From contig OZ374560.1 of assembly GCA_977862235.1 (NCBI GenBank), forward strand, positions 2,108,001 through 2,172,000: a stretch of 64,000 nt of DNA, written 5' to 3'. The DNA is from Dudresnaya verticillata (taxonomy: Eukaryota). The translations under genes were made by a program, and so were the position numbers. Each line of letters begins with the position of its first letter. Position 1 is the stretch's first letter. Shown piece by piece: positions 47,706 through 59,700 of the stretch. Below the pieces are notes generated by a model that made no database searches, had not been told where the DNA came from, and worked only from the letters and a program-made list of their open reading frames with translations.

Positions 47706-48381
47706 TGTGGTGTAGTGAAAACTCACGAACTCAGTAACGGACAGCTGGCCCAACTTTCCTACACGGGACGAGAGCGACACTACCTCCACGGGGTGGTAGA
47801 GCAGTTCGCACCGAGACGGAAGAACGGCGAGCGGCTAACCGAACCGGATATTGGGAAGCAGCAGACAAGGAGGTGGTACAAGTGCCGGGACGTACTCCGT
47901 AACGGTGGTGGTGGTAGACCGCAACGGGCTCGGCGCGGGGAAGATCGGAAAGGAAACAGCTACTGTGGGAAAGAGGCTCAAGGGTTGCTTACCCGTTTAC
48001 CTTAGGAGCCGCTGCGGTGCCGCCCTGATATACAAGTCAGGGTGGCACCGAGCGGTCCGGTCCGTGGGGGCCAGACCCTAGTGGTCTGGACCCATGGTGG
48101 AATTGGCCCTGCTGGTCCCAATCTCCGACACGGACATGTGCAGCATTCTCATTGGCTGGCGCGCTACTCTACACACTGTACAGATACTCACTAAAAATAA
48201 AGAATAAATACTACAAATACTCCGCTACGGTAGGTGCGCCTTACTGCTGTACAATAATGTACGCCAGCACACAACAATGCACCCAAGACCGACACGGGTA
48301 CACGTGCACACATCCCACAACGGTTTAGGCCACACTATATGCATTTCCACCGGTTTGGATGCCGAATCGCACTTCACCACA
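47706..48381. repeat. Solo LTR related to the Gypsy LTRs (676 bp), TSD ATTTG
   Basis: TGTGGTGTAGTGAAAAC...CTTCACCACA. ATTTG at 47701-47705 and 48382-48386. The centre is nearly identical to 46424-47098, the ends are more diverged. Confidence 0.92.
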
Positions 48382-49049
48382 ATTTGGTCCCAATTTGTCC
48401 GAAACTGGGAACTCGTGCTATCCACTCCGGGTTTCGGACCCTTAGCCGAGTTCGCTATTCCCGTATTCATTACCTTTTCTTCAGCGTAAAACATTGACAC
48501 CATATGGAAAACCGTCACCTGGACCTCTAAATTCTTCTTAACCTCTTTTGCTTCGTGTTTTGGCGTCTTATTCTTCGTTTATAAGTATATTGTTGCCTTT
48601 CGCGTTCAGTGGGTTCTCGCATCCGACGAACTCCCGGTGAACGTCTGGTTAAGGGTCTCTACCTTGGGGGCCGCGGTTGGATGACACCATGGTCAAGGTG
48701 TGGGTCTTCCAGCTCTACCACTGCTTCTAACCCCGTGTACTCCTTATTTCGTGTTTCGAACCGAGACCACCCTGTAAAATTCTCCCGTAGACCGGCCACG
48801 TCTTGGTGCTAGCTGTGAGATGGCAACCTCTAGTTATATAGAGACAGCTTTATTTCCGAATTTGGTGCCTGTATTTGGGCTTATGTCATCAACTGTGTCT
48901 GTGTCAAGGCTTAAGATGCACAACTTTGAGCGAATCTGTATTGTTTGTCCGGATATCCGCAGCAGGCCATACCCTGTGTATCAAATTCCATAGCCGGGCG
49001 CAAAACTTTTCGAAATTTGTGTCATACTCTGAACATTAAATTTCAAGTG

Positions 49050-52000
49050 CTCAACATTGTGGTCTTTGTTCCTTCGAGTCTTTCTCTCCGTCTTCCTCAC
49101 GCCCCTGCACACACCAATCCCTCTCCTCCTTCGTCCTGTCCTATTCGACTCCCCTTGCCGACATGCCGGGCGGCTTGGCCCCTGCCCCCGCCCTGGTCGA
49201 GCAAAAATTCGTGAAGTTTGCTCATGCGTCAATCGACTTTATTGCTGCTACCGTAGCGGACCTTGAACCTGTCGTCGACCTCAACAACCCCACCTCCGTG
49301 TCCGCGTTTCTCTCCCATCTCTCAACCTCTTCAACTGTAACCGCCTTACGTCCAATGTTCGCTTCCGAAACGCCATTCGGCGCCATGCTTCGCATCTTCA
49401 ACCAGATATCGCTACCGTACGACACCGCTCCGGGTCGTTCGTACCTCAAAGCTGTTAAATCATCAAATGCTCCTGTCGCGCGCCTCCCTACTCGCTCAAC
49501 TGGCAAATAACCTCCGCTCGATCCAGCCACAACGCACATTACCGCCGAGTTGGCAGCTTCGTTACGACGTACGTCCCGCAGTCTATGTGGCTACTCCCCG
49601 CATCGCTTTGTTCGCGTTGTTTCATCTACAGCTTTCGCAAACCCAGCCCATTTTCGCAATGCCCTGCAGATTGGTGGCTTCCCTGGCCCTGTCGCTGTAA
49701 TTCCTACTACGGACGCCACGCAACCCTACGTTTGCGCCCCGGAGGTAACGATTCAGCACACCAACACCGCCTATGCTACCTTCCGGTCCTTCGCGCAGGT
49801 CCCCAATTCTACTCCCCCCAACATCACGGTTTCATCTGTTCTGTCTGATATCGCTGCCCCGCTCCGCTCCGCTGGCGCTGTTCGTCAAGTCCTTGCTCCA
49901 CTTCGAGCAGAGATACATCGTCTTGAAGGAGCTGACTGTCGATGGGGTCCCAGACGTTTCTTTGCTGCCGCCCTGCGGAAGGCAGACAAGGATCTGTACG
50001 CCCGTCTCCATCATCTCAATCCATCTCATTCTGAACAGCCAATCACACCGCCCGTAACCGCAACGCCATCCTCCACTGGCAAACGCCCGGCCCCAGCTCA
50101 ACTGCCCACTGCCGCTGCACCTCGTCCCATGCCCTTGAGCGCTCGACCTTCTACCCGTTACATGATTGGTGCCCGCCCTGTTTCAGGCCCTCAGAACTCC
50201 TCTCCGACAGCTCCCCTCCCCTCTTCACCTGGGACCCCCACTACACCCCCTACTGCAGCCCCCAATTCACCCCCCTTGACGCCCCCACTGCCTCCACTGC
50301 ACCCCCCACAGCCCACCCCACTATTACAGCTGCTCCACCCTCGGAATCTCCCCCCTGTCCTACTTTGCCTTGCACGTCTGGTCCTCCTGGCGTATCGGCA
50401 AACCGATTTGCCTTGCTTCCCGAACAGGATTGCGCTGATACCATTATGTCAACCTGATACGCTCTCGCCCTCTCGACTCGGAGTTTACGGTCACTCACAG
50501 CTCAGAAATCGCCCTTCCCACCGCCCTCCATCTTGACACTCCTGCACCACTCTCTTCAACGTCTCGTCCCACTGTTGGCCCTTGCCCTCCACTTCATGTT
50601 CTGATGACTACCCCTATTCGTACTGTTGACTATATCCCGAATGCAATGCGATCGGAATTCTGTGAACTCTTCACTACTTGCATACACGAATTTTTACGAG
50701 CCGTTACCCCTGAACAACAGCGCCTATCCTTCACTCGGCTACTTGCCATCCCCAAGACTGTTCTCCGTCGAATGGGGTCTGGGGAACCACGGAATCGCAA
50801 CCGCCGTACATTTCAAGCTGTTTTACGTCGCCGAATACATCGTGCTTTAATTGGTGACTGGAACGCGCTCTTCCACGAAGCCTGTGACTCGCAGGACGCT
50901 GAACGCTCTTCTCTGTCCCGTCGTCGATCCTCACATTTCCGCGGATGTCGCCGCTCCATGCAGCAGGGTTCTGTTGCCAAAGCGGCGCGCTGCCTCATGT
51001 CAGATTCCGATGCCGTCACTCCCACTCCCGAGACGCACGACGCCTTAAATCTCCTGCACCCCCGCCCATCGACGCCTGTGAGTGCCCGGGACGCTTCAAC
51101 GCTACCTTCCTCTGCCCCGTTCTCTACTTCCGATGTTCGGTTGGCCATCAAATTGCTATCCAACTCGTCCAGTCCCGGCCCTGATGGACTGCGGGCCAGT
51201 ATGCTCAAGGCTCTGCTGCATGGGAATGGGGGCACCGATCCCTCTCGCGATCCTCTACAGCTATTGACACAGCTCGTGAATTGCGCCGTGAATGGCGGGC
51301 TTCCCCAATCCGTCCAACCCTGGTTCTGCTCCAGCAATCTTGTGGCATTCCCAAAAGCTGCACACCGCCCCACCGACCTCCGTCCTATTGCTGTTGGTCT
51401 CCTTCTGGCCCGTCTCTTCAGTAGACTCCTTGCTCGGCGCGCATCTGATTCTCTTGGCTCTTACTTCCGCCAGTTGCAGTACGCAGTTGGCACGACCGGT
51501 GGCTGTGAAATCATTGGCCATTCCGCTCGCACCTGGTTCCAGGAAGCGCCTGAAGCGAACTTGGCTTTGCTTCAGATTGACGCTTCAAATGCTTTTAACA
51601 GCCTGGAACGTCAGTGTATCCTGGATGAAGTTTCCACTCAAGCTCCTGACCTCTCCCGGTGGGTACATTTCGCCTATGGCACACCCTCTCCGCTCATATT
51701 TGGTCCCTTCACACTTCTCAGCCGTACCGGGACTCGTCAAGGGGACCCTCTCGGAATGCTTCTCTTTTGCCTGGGCATCCACCCTCTACTCCAGCGCCTC
51801 TCTCCTTCCCCTGATATATACATGCTTGCTGCCTATGCGGATGATCTCAACATAATCACCACTCGCTCGTCAGCACCAGGGCTTCTTTCCTCCATTCAAT
51901 CAGATGGACGCACAATTGGCTTCAATGTCAACATGGCCAAGACGTGGGCGTCATGGCCTTCTCTTACCTCGCCAATCCAAGACCTACCGTGCCCTGTTCG

Positions 52001-53460
52001 TCCCGCTACTTCCGCAAAAGTCGTTGGGGTGCCCCTGGGATGTCTAGCGCTTGACATTGCATTTCTAAAGCTCGAATCTACGCATGAATTGCTTCGTGGT
52101 CGATTCACTACACTATGTGATCCCCAAATATCATTTCACATTATCCGTGTTTGTTATGGCGTTAGTAAGCTATCGTTTCTCCTTCGTACTGTGCCGCCGC
52201 ACTTAACCCGCGCTGAAGTCGACGAGTTCGACCGGAGGCAGCGAGGCATGTATGAAGAGACACACCGTCCCCTGACCGACTCCGCCTGGTGCCTCGCTAC
52301 GCTTCCTGTTCGTTTTGGGGGTCTTGGAATAACCTCTGCGTCTGATATTGCCCATGCTGCTTATGCGGGCTCGCTGCTTCAAGTCCGCTCAGCGGTTCGC
52401 CTCCTCACCAACAGAATCGGACAATTTGCTTCTGCTTGCATCTCCCCGATCGATAGAGCCATCACAGAAGCACTGCTTCCTCTACAAAACCTTTCTCTTC
52501 TCCCCTTGCCTCTCACCCCGGAAGCTCTATTAAGGAAAGCTACTCAACGCAATGGTTCGGTTCCTGGCATTCAAATGTCCATTACGGATAGTATTATGGC
52601 TGCCCGTGCAGCTGTACTCCGCTCTCCATCGCTTTCCTCGCATTCTTCAACAGTACAAAAATCGTACATGGCTCGTCTACTGTCCTGCAGTACGGCTGCA
52701 GCTAGTGCGCCATTTACTGCCCTCCCGAATACCTATCGCGGTACTCGCTTCACCCCGGAGGAATGGATTACCGCGTGTGATATCCGCTTGGGCAACCCGG
52801 TTTTCACCGGCACCACTCGTTGTCCCCACTGTGTACTCACGCGGGGCGTGACGCAAGCTCCCCTACTTGATCCTCTCGGGAAACATGCCATCATCTGCGC
52901 TAGGCGCGAAGGTGCTATCCGGCGTCATAACACGTTACGCGATGTTCTAGCCAACGAATTCCGCCAGCTGGGCCTACGCCCTATCTATGTCGAATACTCA
53001 TTTCTCGCCGAACGTCATCTACCCCCTACTTCTCGTCGCCGTATGGACGTGGTGGTTCCTATATCTGCCTTTAACCCCCGCCCTCAGGCATTTGACGTTA
53101 CGGTGGCAGCCCCGTTTGCTGCCAATTACTGCACTGCCGCCTCTCGCTTGGGTGGGGCAGCGGCGACGCTCGCTGAAAGGCCCAAAAGAGCGCATTACCA
53201 AGATCTACTCGACAGCGAGGGAATGGATTTCTATGCTGTCGGTATTGACTCCTACGGCGCTATTGGCACTGAGGCTCGTCAGGCGTTACGTGCCATTGGC
53301 CGCTTTACGTCCGAACGGAGAGGGAGTAACCCTTCGGACGAAACGCAAGCACTCACGAATCGCATTGTATCTCATCTTCTCCGCTTTCAGGCGCTGGCGA
53401 TCAATCGCCGTCGTCTTGCCCTTCAGGTAGGTCCTTGCGTAGACGGGGCGACTTAGCGCC
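49050..53460 (+). mobile_element. CRE-like non-LTR retrotransposon (RT + REL endonuclease), near full length
   Basis: Upstream Pro-rich ORF pieces 49163-50536 followed by the 950-aa RT-REL ORF. 5' end approximate. No poly(A) tail or TSD recognised. Confidence 0.85.
50604..53456 (+). CDS. Reverse transcriptase + Zn-knuckle + restriction-enzyme-like endonuclease
   Basis: SPGPDGLR, LRPIAVG, IDASNAFNSL, GTRQGDPLG, AYADDL, LPVRFGGLG, CPHC..HAIIC, RRHNTLRD, RMD, FDVTV. Confidence 0.92.
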   Translation: MTTPIRTVDYIPNAMRSEFCELFTTCIHEFLRAVTPEQQRLSFTRLLAIPKTVLRRMGSGEPRNRNRRTFQAVLRRRIHRALIGDWNALFHEACDSQDAERSSLSRRRSSHFRGCRRSMQQGSVAKAARCLMSDSDAVTPTPETHDALNLLHPRPSTPVSARDASTLPSSAPFSTSDVRLAIKLLSNSSSPGPDGLRASMLKALLHGNGGTDPSRDPLQLLTQLVNCAVNGGLPQSVQPWFCSSNLVAFPKAAHRPTDLRPIAVGLLLARLFSRLLARRASDSLGSYFRQLQYAVGTTGGCEIIGHSARTWFQEAPEANLALLQIDASNAFNSLERQCILDEVSTQAPDLSRWVHFAYGTPSPLIFGPFTLLSRTGTRQGDPLGMLLFCLGIHPLLQRLSPSPDIYMLAAYADDLNIITTRSSAPGLLSSIQSDGRTIGFNVNMAKTWASWPSLTSPIQDLPCPVRPATSAKVVGVPLGCLALDIAFLKLESTHELLRGRFTTLCDPQISFHIIRVCYGVSKLSFLLRTVPPHLTRAEVDEFDRRQRGMYEETHRPLTDSAWCLATLPVRFGGLGITSASDIAHAAYAGSLLQVRSAVRLLTNRIGQFASACISPIDRAITEALLPLQNLSLLPLPLTPEALLRKATQRNGSVPGIQMSITDSIMAARAAVLRSPSLSSHSSTVQKSYMARLLSCSTAAASAPFTALPNTYRGTRFTPEEWITACDIRLGNPVFTGTTRCPHCVLTRGVTQAPLLDPLGKHAIICARREGAIRRHNTLRDVLANEFRQLGLRPIYVEYSFLAERHLPPTSRRRMDVVVPISAFNPRPQAFDVTVAAPFAANYCTAASRLGGAAATLAERPKRAHYQDLLDSEGMDFYAVGIDSYGAIGTEARQALRAIGRFTSERRGSNPSDETQALTNRIVSHLLRFQALAINRRRLALQVGPCVDGAT

Positions 53461-55958
53461 CTTCCAATCCTACCATAAAGGTCCCCATCTCTCTTTACTG
53501 TATCGGAAATAGCACGAAGAGACGTGGCACTTGGTTGCAGGCATTGTAGTAAGCTTCCAGTCCCCTTGCCCGGGTTGACGTGCATCACTTGTGCTAGCAG
53601 ATTCATGATCAGTTTGTATGCTTTATTCTTTTTACCACGGTAATATAGACAATATTCCGTCTTACGCCAACGAAACTGGAGCTCACGGCCCTCAAGCTCT
53701 GTGCGTGGACGTACAATTATAGGTTTTGGCGCATCCCATTATTGGCAACTTTCTTGGGTTGGACTTGTTATAGATCTATCAAGGTGCTTGTCGAAAGTCC
53801 AAGCCAAAAACAGGTCGCGGAGAGCAAGTTGGACTGCCAACTAGGCGGATGTAGTGGAAGAAGATATCAAGGTGTACTAGGGCTGTAGCTACGCGGCTAG
53901 GACCACTTTACACAAACAGGGATGTCAAACATCATCAATCCTGGGTGGCAATGTGTTGCCGGCATCGATACGGCGCAGCGTCGCGCTCTTCTGTGCATTA
54001 TCGAAGAATGGTGGTAGCACCGTAGTCTAATGTTGAGATATACTGTAGTTGTCTTGGATACCCCGAGGCTTAGTGGGTGTCTCTAGGACTGGTCTTTTAT
54101 ACCACCAGTATGTAAAAGTTGCGAACTATCGGAGACAACAACCGCTAGCAGTGTCTAACTTACTCAAAACTACGTATCGAAGCAATGGAAGGAAACGGAC
54201 GCAGGCACTGAATTAGTTTTCATCCCTCAGAATCAGCAATAGCTGGAAAGCATGTAAGCTGCGGAGCGTAATCTGTTGCAAGAGTCAAACATCTTCTCGA
54301 GGTTCAATTTGAATGCGCACGTATACCACAATAGTAGAACGTTTCTTGCATTGACACTCATTCCGTAAGGGAAGATTCGAATACCTCGGAAAGCTGGTTC
54401 AGGCTCGGAGCGGACACTGGGATGGGATGACCGCTGGGACAGAAGCGAGACTTTACTCAGCAGAGCGATGGGGGCTACTGTGAAGGTCGGCGCAGACTCC
54501 GGCCGACACCGAAGCCACGTTACCGCAGCAGCAGAAGCAGGCCGGGTGAGTGGGACATACCGCGCAGCGCCCGTTCCCACCGGCGCTTGCGGTAACCTTT
54601 CTCTCCACTGAACATCACGCCCTGGGAAGCGCGCCGCTCCGCCCAGCAGTTCGGCGTATGGTAGATAGCATGGTGACTGCTTCAACCGTGACTGGCTGGG
54701 CGCGGTGCGGCATGACTGTCAACAACAATGACTGCGGACTGTGGCAGGGAGCAATGTGAATGTCACAAAGCGCGGCGGCCGCGGCAGCCGCAGCGGCGCA
54801 GCAGCGCGTGGTTGCTCGTCGAGTGCCGTGTCTGCTGACGTGGAGTAACCCAATTGGCATCGAAGCCGGCGAGCTGCCGCAGAGCGCCCGCCGTGTCTTC
54901 CGCGCGCCTTACATCGGCGCGGGGGCCGCTCTGTCAAGATACCGCCTTGTGTTCTCTTCCGCTTCCACTGCTGCCATTTATGCGCCGGCCGCTTCGATGT
55001 GCCTCCGCCCTCTACCCGCATTCACGCCCCGCTACCGGGCGGAGCGGTCCGGGCATCCTTCCCGCCAAAGTCCAGCACAGAGCGGCTAGCGCGCGTAGCG
55101 GATGCCTCTTGCGCGACAACGGCACAGCGCCGCCGTGTGCCGCCGCCAAACTCAGACCTGTCAAAACATGAACATGACTGCCGACTGCTGCAGAAAAAAT
55201 CTAAAGGGATGCTTGCAGAAAAAAGGCGCACGCTGGCCACAACGCACCAGCTGCACCAAACTCGACAGCCATGTCAGCAAAACCGCCGCCCGCGGTGCTT
55301 GCATTCACCGGACGCCGTTGGTCCAACGAGAAAGACGCGTCCTTCGACTGACATCTCACCGTTCACCAGGCAGACCGCAACGAAGCTCGCTGTCGCCATA
55401 TCTCCGATCACTCACAAGCAACCGCCACTGTCAACAAACCCGCAGTATTGCCATATCTGCATATCCTGTTGGTGACTATGCCCTTCTGCTTCGGTCCACA
55501 ACCAACCAAACATGCCGCCGCGTCCAACCTGCACATGCGCGCGAAAGAATGCCTCCTATCTCGCGAGTGACCGCGTACTTTTCGCATCTCCCGAAACAGT
55601 CCAGGCTCAAGTTTGAAAGCAATCGCGAAGAATGTCAGTTGCTCTGCTGCGCGTGCAGCCATGCTATGGTCTACTCGCTCCCCCTGGCGAGTTCTGTTCG
55701 TGCAGAACCCAGTCCCGCAGTGACGAACGGACCACCTGCTACGCGCATGAACACCTACATGTCTGCCAGGCGGCCTTATTGTTCGACTGCATACACACAC
55801 GCAGCAGACAAGCTCACTGTCCACAACCGCCACTGAAGCTGCAGCGTCAGCGCGTATGGCTGTAGCGTTTGCACGCTGCAACGGTTGCCGCCGGCTGAGA
55901 ACCGGGTCGAATGAGGTCAGGCGAACCGAGAGTGCCGTTCGCTGCTATCGCTATCGCG

Positions 55959-55966
55959 TATAAAAG
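55959..55966 (+). promoter_or_regulatory. TATA box
   Basis: TATAAAAG about 150 bp upstream of ATG 56115. The same octamer precedes the paralogue. Confidence 0.65.
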
Positions 55967-56114
55967 ACACACGGCCACACCGCATCACGCTTTCTGCATG
56001 TCCGCAAACCAACCGCCTTCTCAACCCTCACTACTCGCACAGTGCCAATTCAGTGCTCGCTTGCACCTGTCATCCCAAACGCCCGCCCTCCCAACCCCTT
56101 GCTATCCCATCATC

Positions 56115-56708
56115 ATGACTCTCCGTAGCCACCTCCGCACGCCCCTCACACCCTCCGTCCTGCTCGTCCTAATCCTGACCCTCCTGCATTCCTCCTCACA
56201 AACCTCCGCAACAGCCCTCTCAGGCGCAGCCCGCTCTGGCACCACGCCGGCCCTGCTGCCAGAGTGCGCGAACTGCTCGACCAACGAAGAGTGTGCGCAG
56301 GGCAAGTGCTGGGGCAAACCGAAGCTGTGCACATCCGGTACACAGGTCTCGCTCAACAAGTGCTTCAAGCTCGAGTGCGCGCGCTGCCGCAAGTCGACCG
56401 AGTGCGCCAGCAAGAAGTGCTGGAAGAAGAAATGCGTCTTCAACAATGCCGCGTCCATGTCCAAATGCTTCCCCGACCTCGTCTTCAAGAAGCGTGTGTG
56501 CGAACCGTGTGAAGATGCCGATGAGTGTCTCGACGGCAAATGCTGGGCTCGCAAGTGTACCGATGGCACCTTTGATAGCCTGCGCAAGTGCTTCAGACCC
56601 GAGTGCTTTCCGTGCAAGAAGGGCACGGAGTGTGCTACGAAGAAATGCTGGGCCGGCAAATGTGTGTTTGACGGGGCGGAGAGCAGGAAGAGGTGCTTCC
56701 CTGAGTAA
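56115..56708 (+). CDS. Secreted Cys/Lys-rich repeat protein (197 aa, four 6-Cys modules)
   Basis: Hydrophobic signal (SVLLVLILTLL), then modules EC-x2-C-x5-C-x3-KC..C..CF. Confidence 0.85.
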   Translation: MTLRSHLRTPLTPSVLLVLILTLLHSSSQTSATALSGAARSGTTPALLPECANCSTNEECAQGKCWGKPKLCTSGTQVSLNKCFKLECARCRKSTECASKKCWKKKCVFNNAASMSKCFPDLVFKKRVCEPCEDADECLDGKCWARKCTDGTFDSLRKCFRPECFPCKKGTECATKKCWAGKCVFDGAESRKRCFPE

Positions 56709-59700
56709 TTCAACGGAATGATTTTCTTTTAACAGTTGGTAGCATACCCGGCTCGGGTTGGTAGTGGGTCTGCTATGTATCGTCCTTGTGTTTCTGCTGC
56801 TCTGTTTTTACTGCTACAGACGTTGCAGTTCTCGTGACTGTAGTTTTCAGATTCGTGTGTAAAGTGTAACTGGCACCACTGGTATTACCCTAACCGTCTT
56901 GCCATTACCTCTTGTTCGCACGAGCAGGGCTCCACTCCGTACTGTATCACTCCCCGCTCATCAATCGACCGTGTGCCAGCAAATGGGCCAAAGTCGCCTA
57001 CGCAGGACCACTTTAAACAACAAATAAAATACAACAACACGAGCAGGGGCGGCGAGAGCAGAAACAGAATTTGCCTTGCCAGATAGCCAGATGGCCAAGT
57101 GTGGTGCGCTTCTCGCTTCTCAAGGTTCTATCTGTTATGGACAGAAGTGATGTTCCGATGGGGCATGGAATTCCGCCGCTAGACACAAGCAGCATATTTA
57201 TGTCGTTCCAGCGACAGATAAGGAGGTAGGTGGAGTGCGGGCGCGTGATACGCGGGATTTCCGGTTCGTGAGGTGAGCGCGAGATTGGCCTTGCCGTCGC
57301 CTCGTTGCGCAGCAGCACAAGCGCTGCTTGCTTATAGACTTGGCGTTGCAAGTCGTCGGTGGCCGTTACTGTTACGCCGCGAGTTCCGAATCGAGATTTG
57401 GGCAAATGTCTACCACAACCCGCGTGACAACTTTTTGATTCCTTCGGTCGCATGCTGATTGACCCCATGTCTGCGTCCGAAGCTGTGACTGTCAAGCTGT
57501 CGTGTTCGGTGACGCCGGCAGGCAGTGTCAGCACTGTCGCACAGCCGGACTGGGACAGGTTCTGCTAGCTTCGCGCGCCAGTGTGCCCGATCGGCACCTT
57601 GTTCGGCTTGCTGCGGACGAAGGCAGTCCGCAGATGTCAACGGACACAGACGCCTCGCCGCTTAGCACAGCACGAACTCAACAAAAGTCTCACGCTCTGC
57701 TACGACACGCCACCAAGCGCAGGCGGCACCCCAAACACCCAGCGACGCGTTTCGGCAGAATTCCCAGACAACGGCACGGAAACGCGCATCGCCCGTATAA
57801 CACCCGCGTCGAGACAGCTGTCGTTCCAGCCTGCCTGTCGCACACGCGCTGCTGATCTGCTGCTCCGCAGATACGATAGTACAGTACTGCGCGCGTGCCT
57901 GCTGCCTGCCGCCGCTATGTCGCCAGGGCGCGGTTTTCTTGCAGAAAGGCGCTCGGGTGTGGGAGACCAGGTTGCGCTGCGCTGGCTCCCAGAATGTGCG
58001 AGGATCTTGAGCCGATACACTCTCGCTGTCTCTACAGCCATGGGACCCCGGCCAAGACGCATCCTCCTGTGCTCTTGCATCGCCCGAAAAGTGTGAGTCC
58101 GAATCCGACCGTGCATATGGCTACCAGCCGCGGTTAGTTGCACCGTTCGACACTGCAAGCCAATGGTGGTGAAATCATGCGCATGACTTGCTTTTGTCAG
58201 CGTGCAATACACATCGGGGCTGTCGGCATAGGCGCCATGCAAGAGTGTGCGCAGCCAATAAATTCAAGCGCTTCAGTCGTTGTGTTTTGGGCTGAACGGG
58301 CTTACGGAGTGTGTGTATGTGTTCGCCGGCAGAGATATTTTGTGCTCCATTGAGCATCCTTCATGTGTGGTACAACAAGCACAGTGCATGCGGCAAGGCT
58401 ACAACGGAAAGGTAACTTGTTACCTCCTCCTCCCGGCGCGGGGCGCGGGGAGTCAGCGATGGATATGGAGCTCTGCTACGCAGACCTGTCCTTTTCTTTT
58501 TGTCCCCTACAGCATGATGCGTGGAAGGAGCACACTTCCGGCGCAGCGCATATCCCAGTCACCGCGACGGATGGCTTGCGGCTTGCGCAAATTAACCGCG
58601 CCTCTGGTACAGGTAGCGTGTGGCAGCGGCGGCGGCGCGGAAGGGCAGTGAGCACGGAATCGTGTATCGCATGTCGGGAAGGCGTGCGCTTGAGTCTCGG
58701 CTGACCTTTTGTCGTGTGCAAGAAAGGCAGCGAGCAGGCACGCGCACACGGCATGTAAAAGTTGTATTGGAATGCAATGAATATGGCAAATCGTTCGGCG
58801 ACAGCGCCCGGGACGCGTTGCGCGGTCACGCTGACGCCGCCGGCAAATGGCGCAGTGCGGGTGATTTTCAACGGCGCGTTTTCGATTGGGTACGGGGCAC
58901 TGTGCTCCACGGCGCGTCATTGCGACAATGCAATGCAATGACAAGGCGCGTCAATCGTGACAGAGTCACGCTGTCACCCCCGCATTTGCTCCGGGTGGGA
59001 AACATTGCAAGCACAATTGGAGTTTGAGCACCTACAGCAGTAGCTGCGTGCAGGGAAAAGGACTCGGCAAGACGCAGCAGCGACGACTCGAAAAATAGGC
59101 AAATTGCGACGAGGGAGCGTTCCACTTTGACAGAAGCTATGCTGACGCTTGTTGTAATACTGCCTTGAAAGCAAAGGCAGATGACTAGAACATATTGGTG
59201 AAGATATATCCATTTATTGGATTTATTCAAGCGGTGACCATGTTGCCAGTGCTAGAAAAATATGCCGCGATGCAGATCTTAAGAGGTTTCTTGAGCCCTC
59301 CTGTTCTATTCAGAGCCTTTTCTTCGTTGCATTGAGTCTATTGGAAACGCAGCAAGACGTTTTGAAGCAATCTTCATAAAATCTCCAACCAAGCCGACCG
59401 GAACAAAATGTTGAGGAAAAGCAAGTATTCAAAAAAGTTGTCGCATCTTGGACAAGGTTGCATTTTTATATCTTCGAAGCACTGAACGAAGCAACTTGAA
59501 ATTTCTTAGTATGGGCAAATGGAAATAGCCATGAAACTACTGTAATCGCGTTCAACCCAGTCTGTGTAATCCCGTGCATGGCAACAAAAGCTATTCAACT
59601 TAGATTCCGCAATGCTTCTAGCCGATCATCCAAAGCAACTGGTCCAACATCGTACCGCAAAACTGGAACTAGCCCTGGGAATCGTATTCGGAAGAGGCCA

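Noticed and set aside
48382..48395. TGG after the LTR end as a PBS of a second full element
   Set aside because: ATTTG is a perfect TSD matching 47701-47705, and no gag/pol follows.
53500..55900. Many short overlapping GC-rich ORFs (also 56800-61600)
   Set aside because: No recognisable motifs, consistent with chance ORFs in intergenic or decayed DNA.
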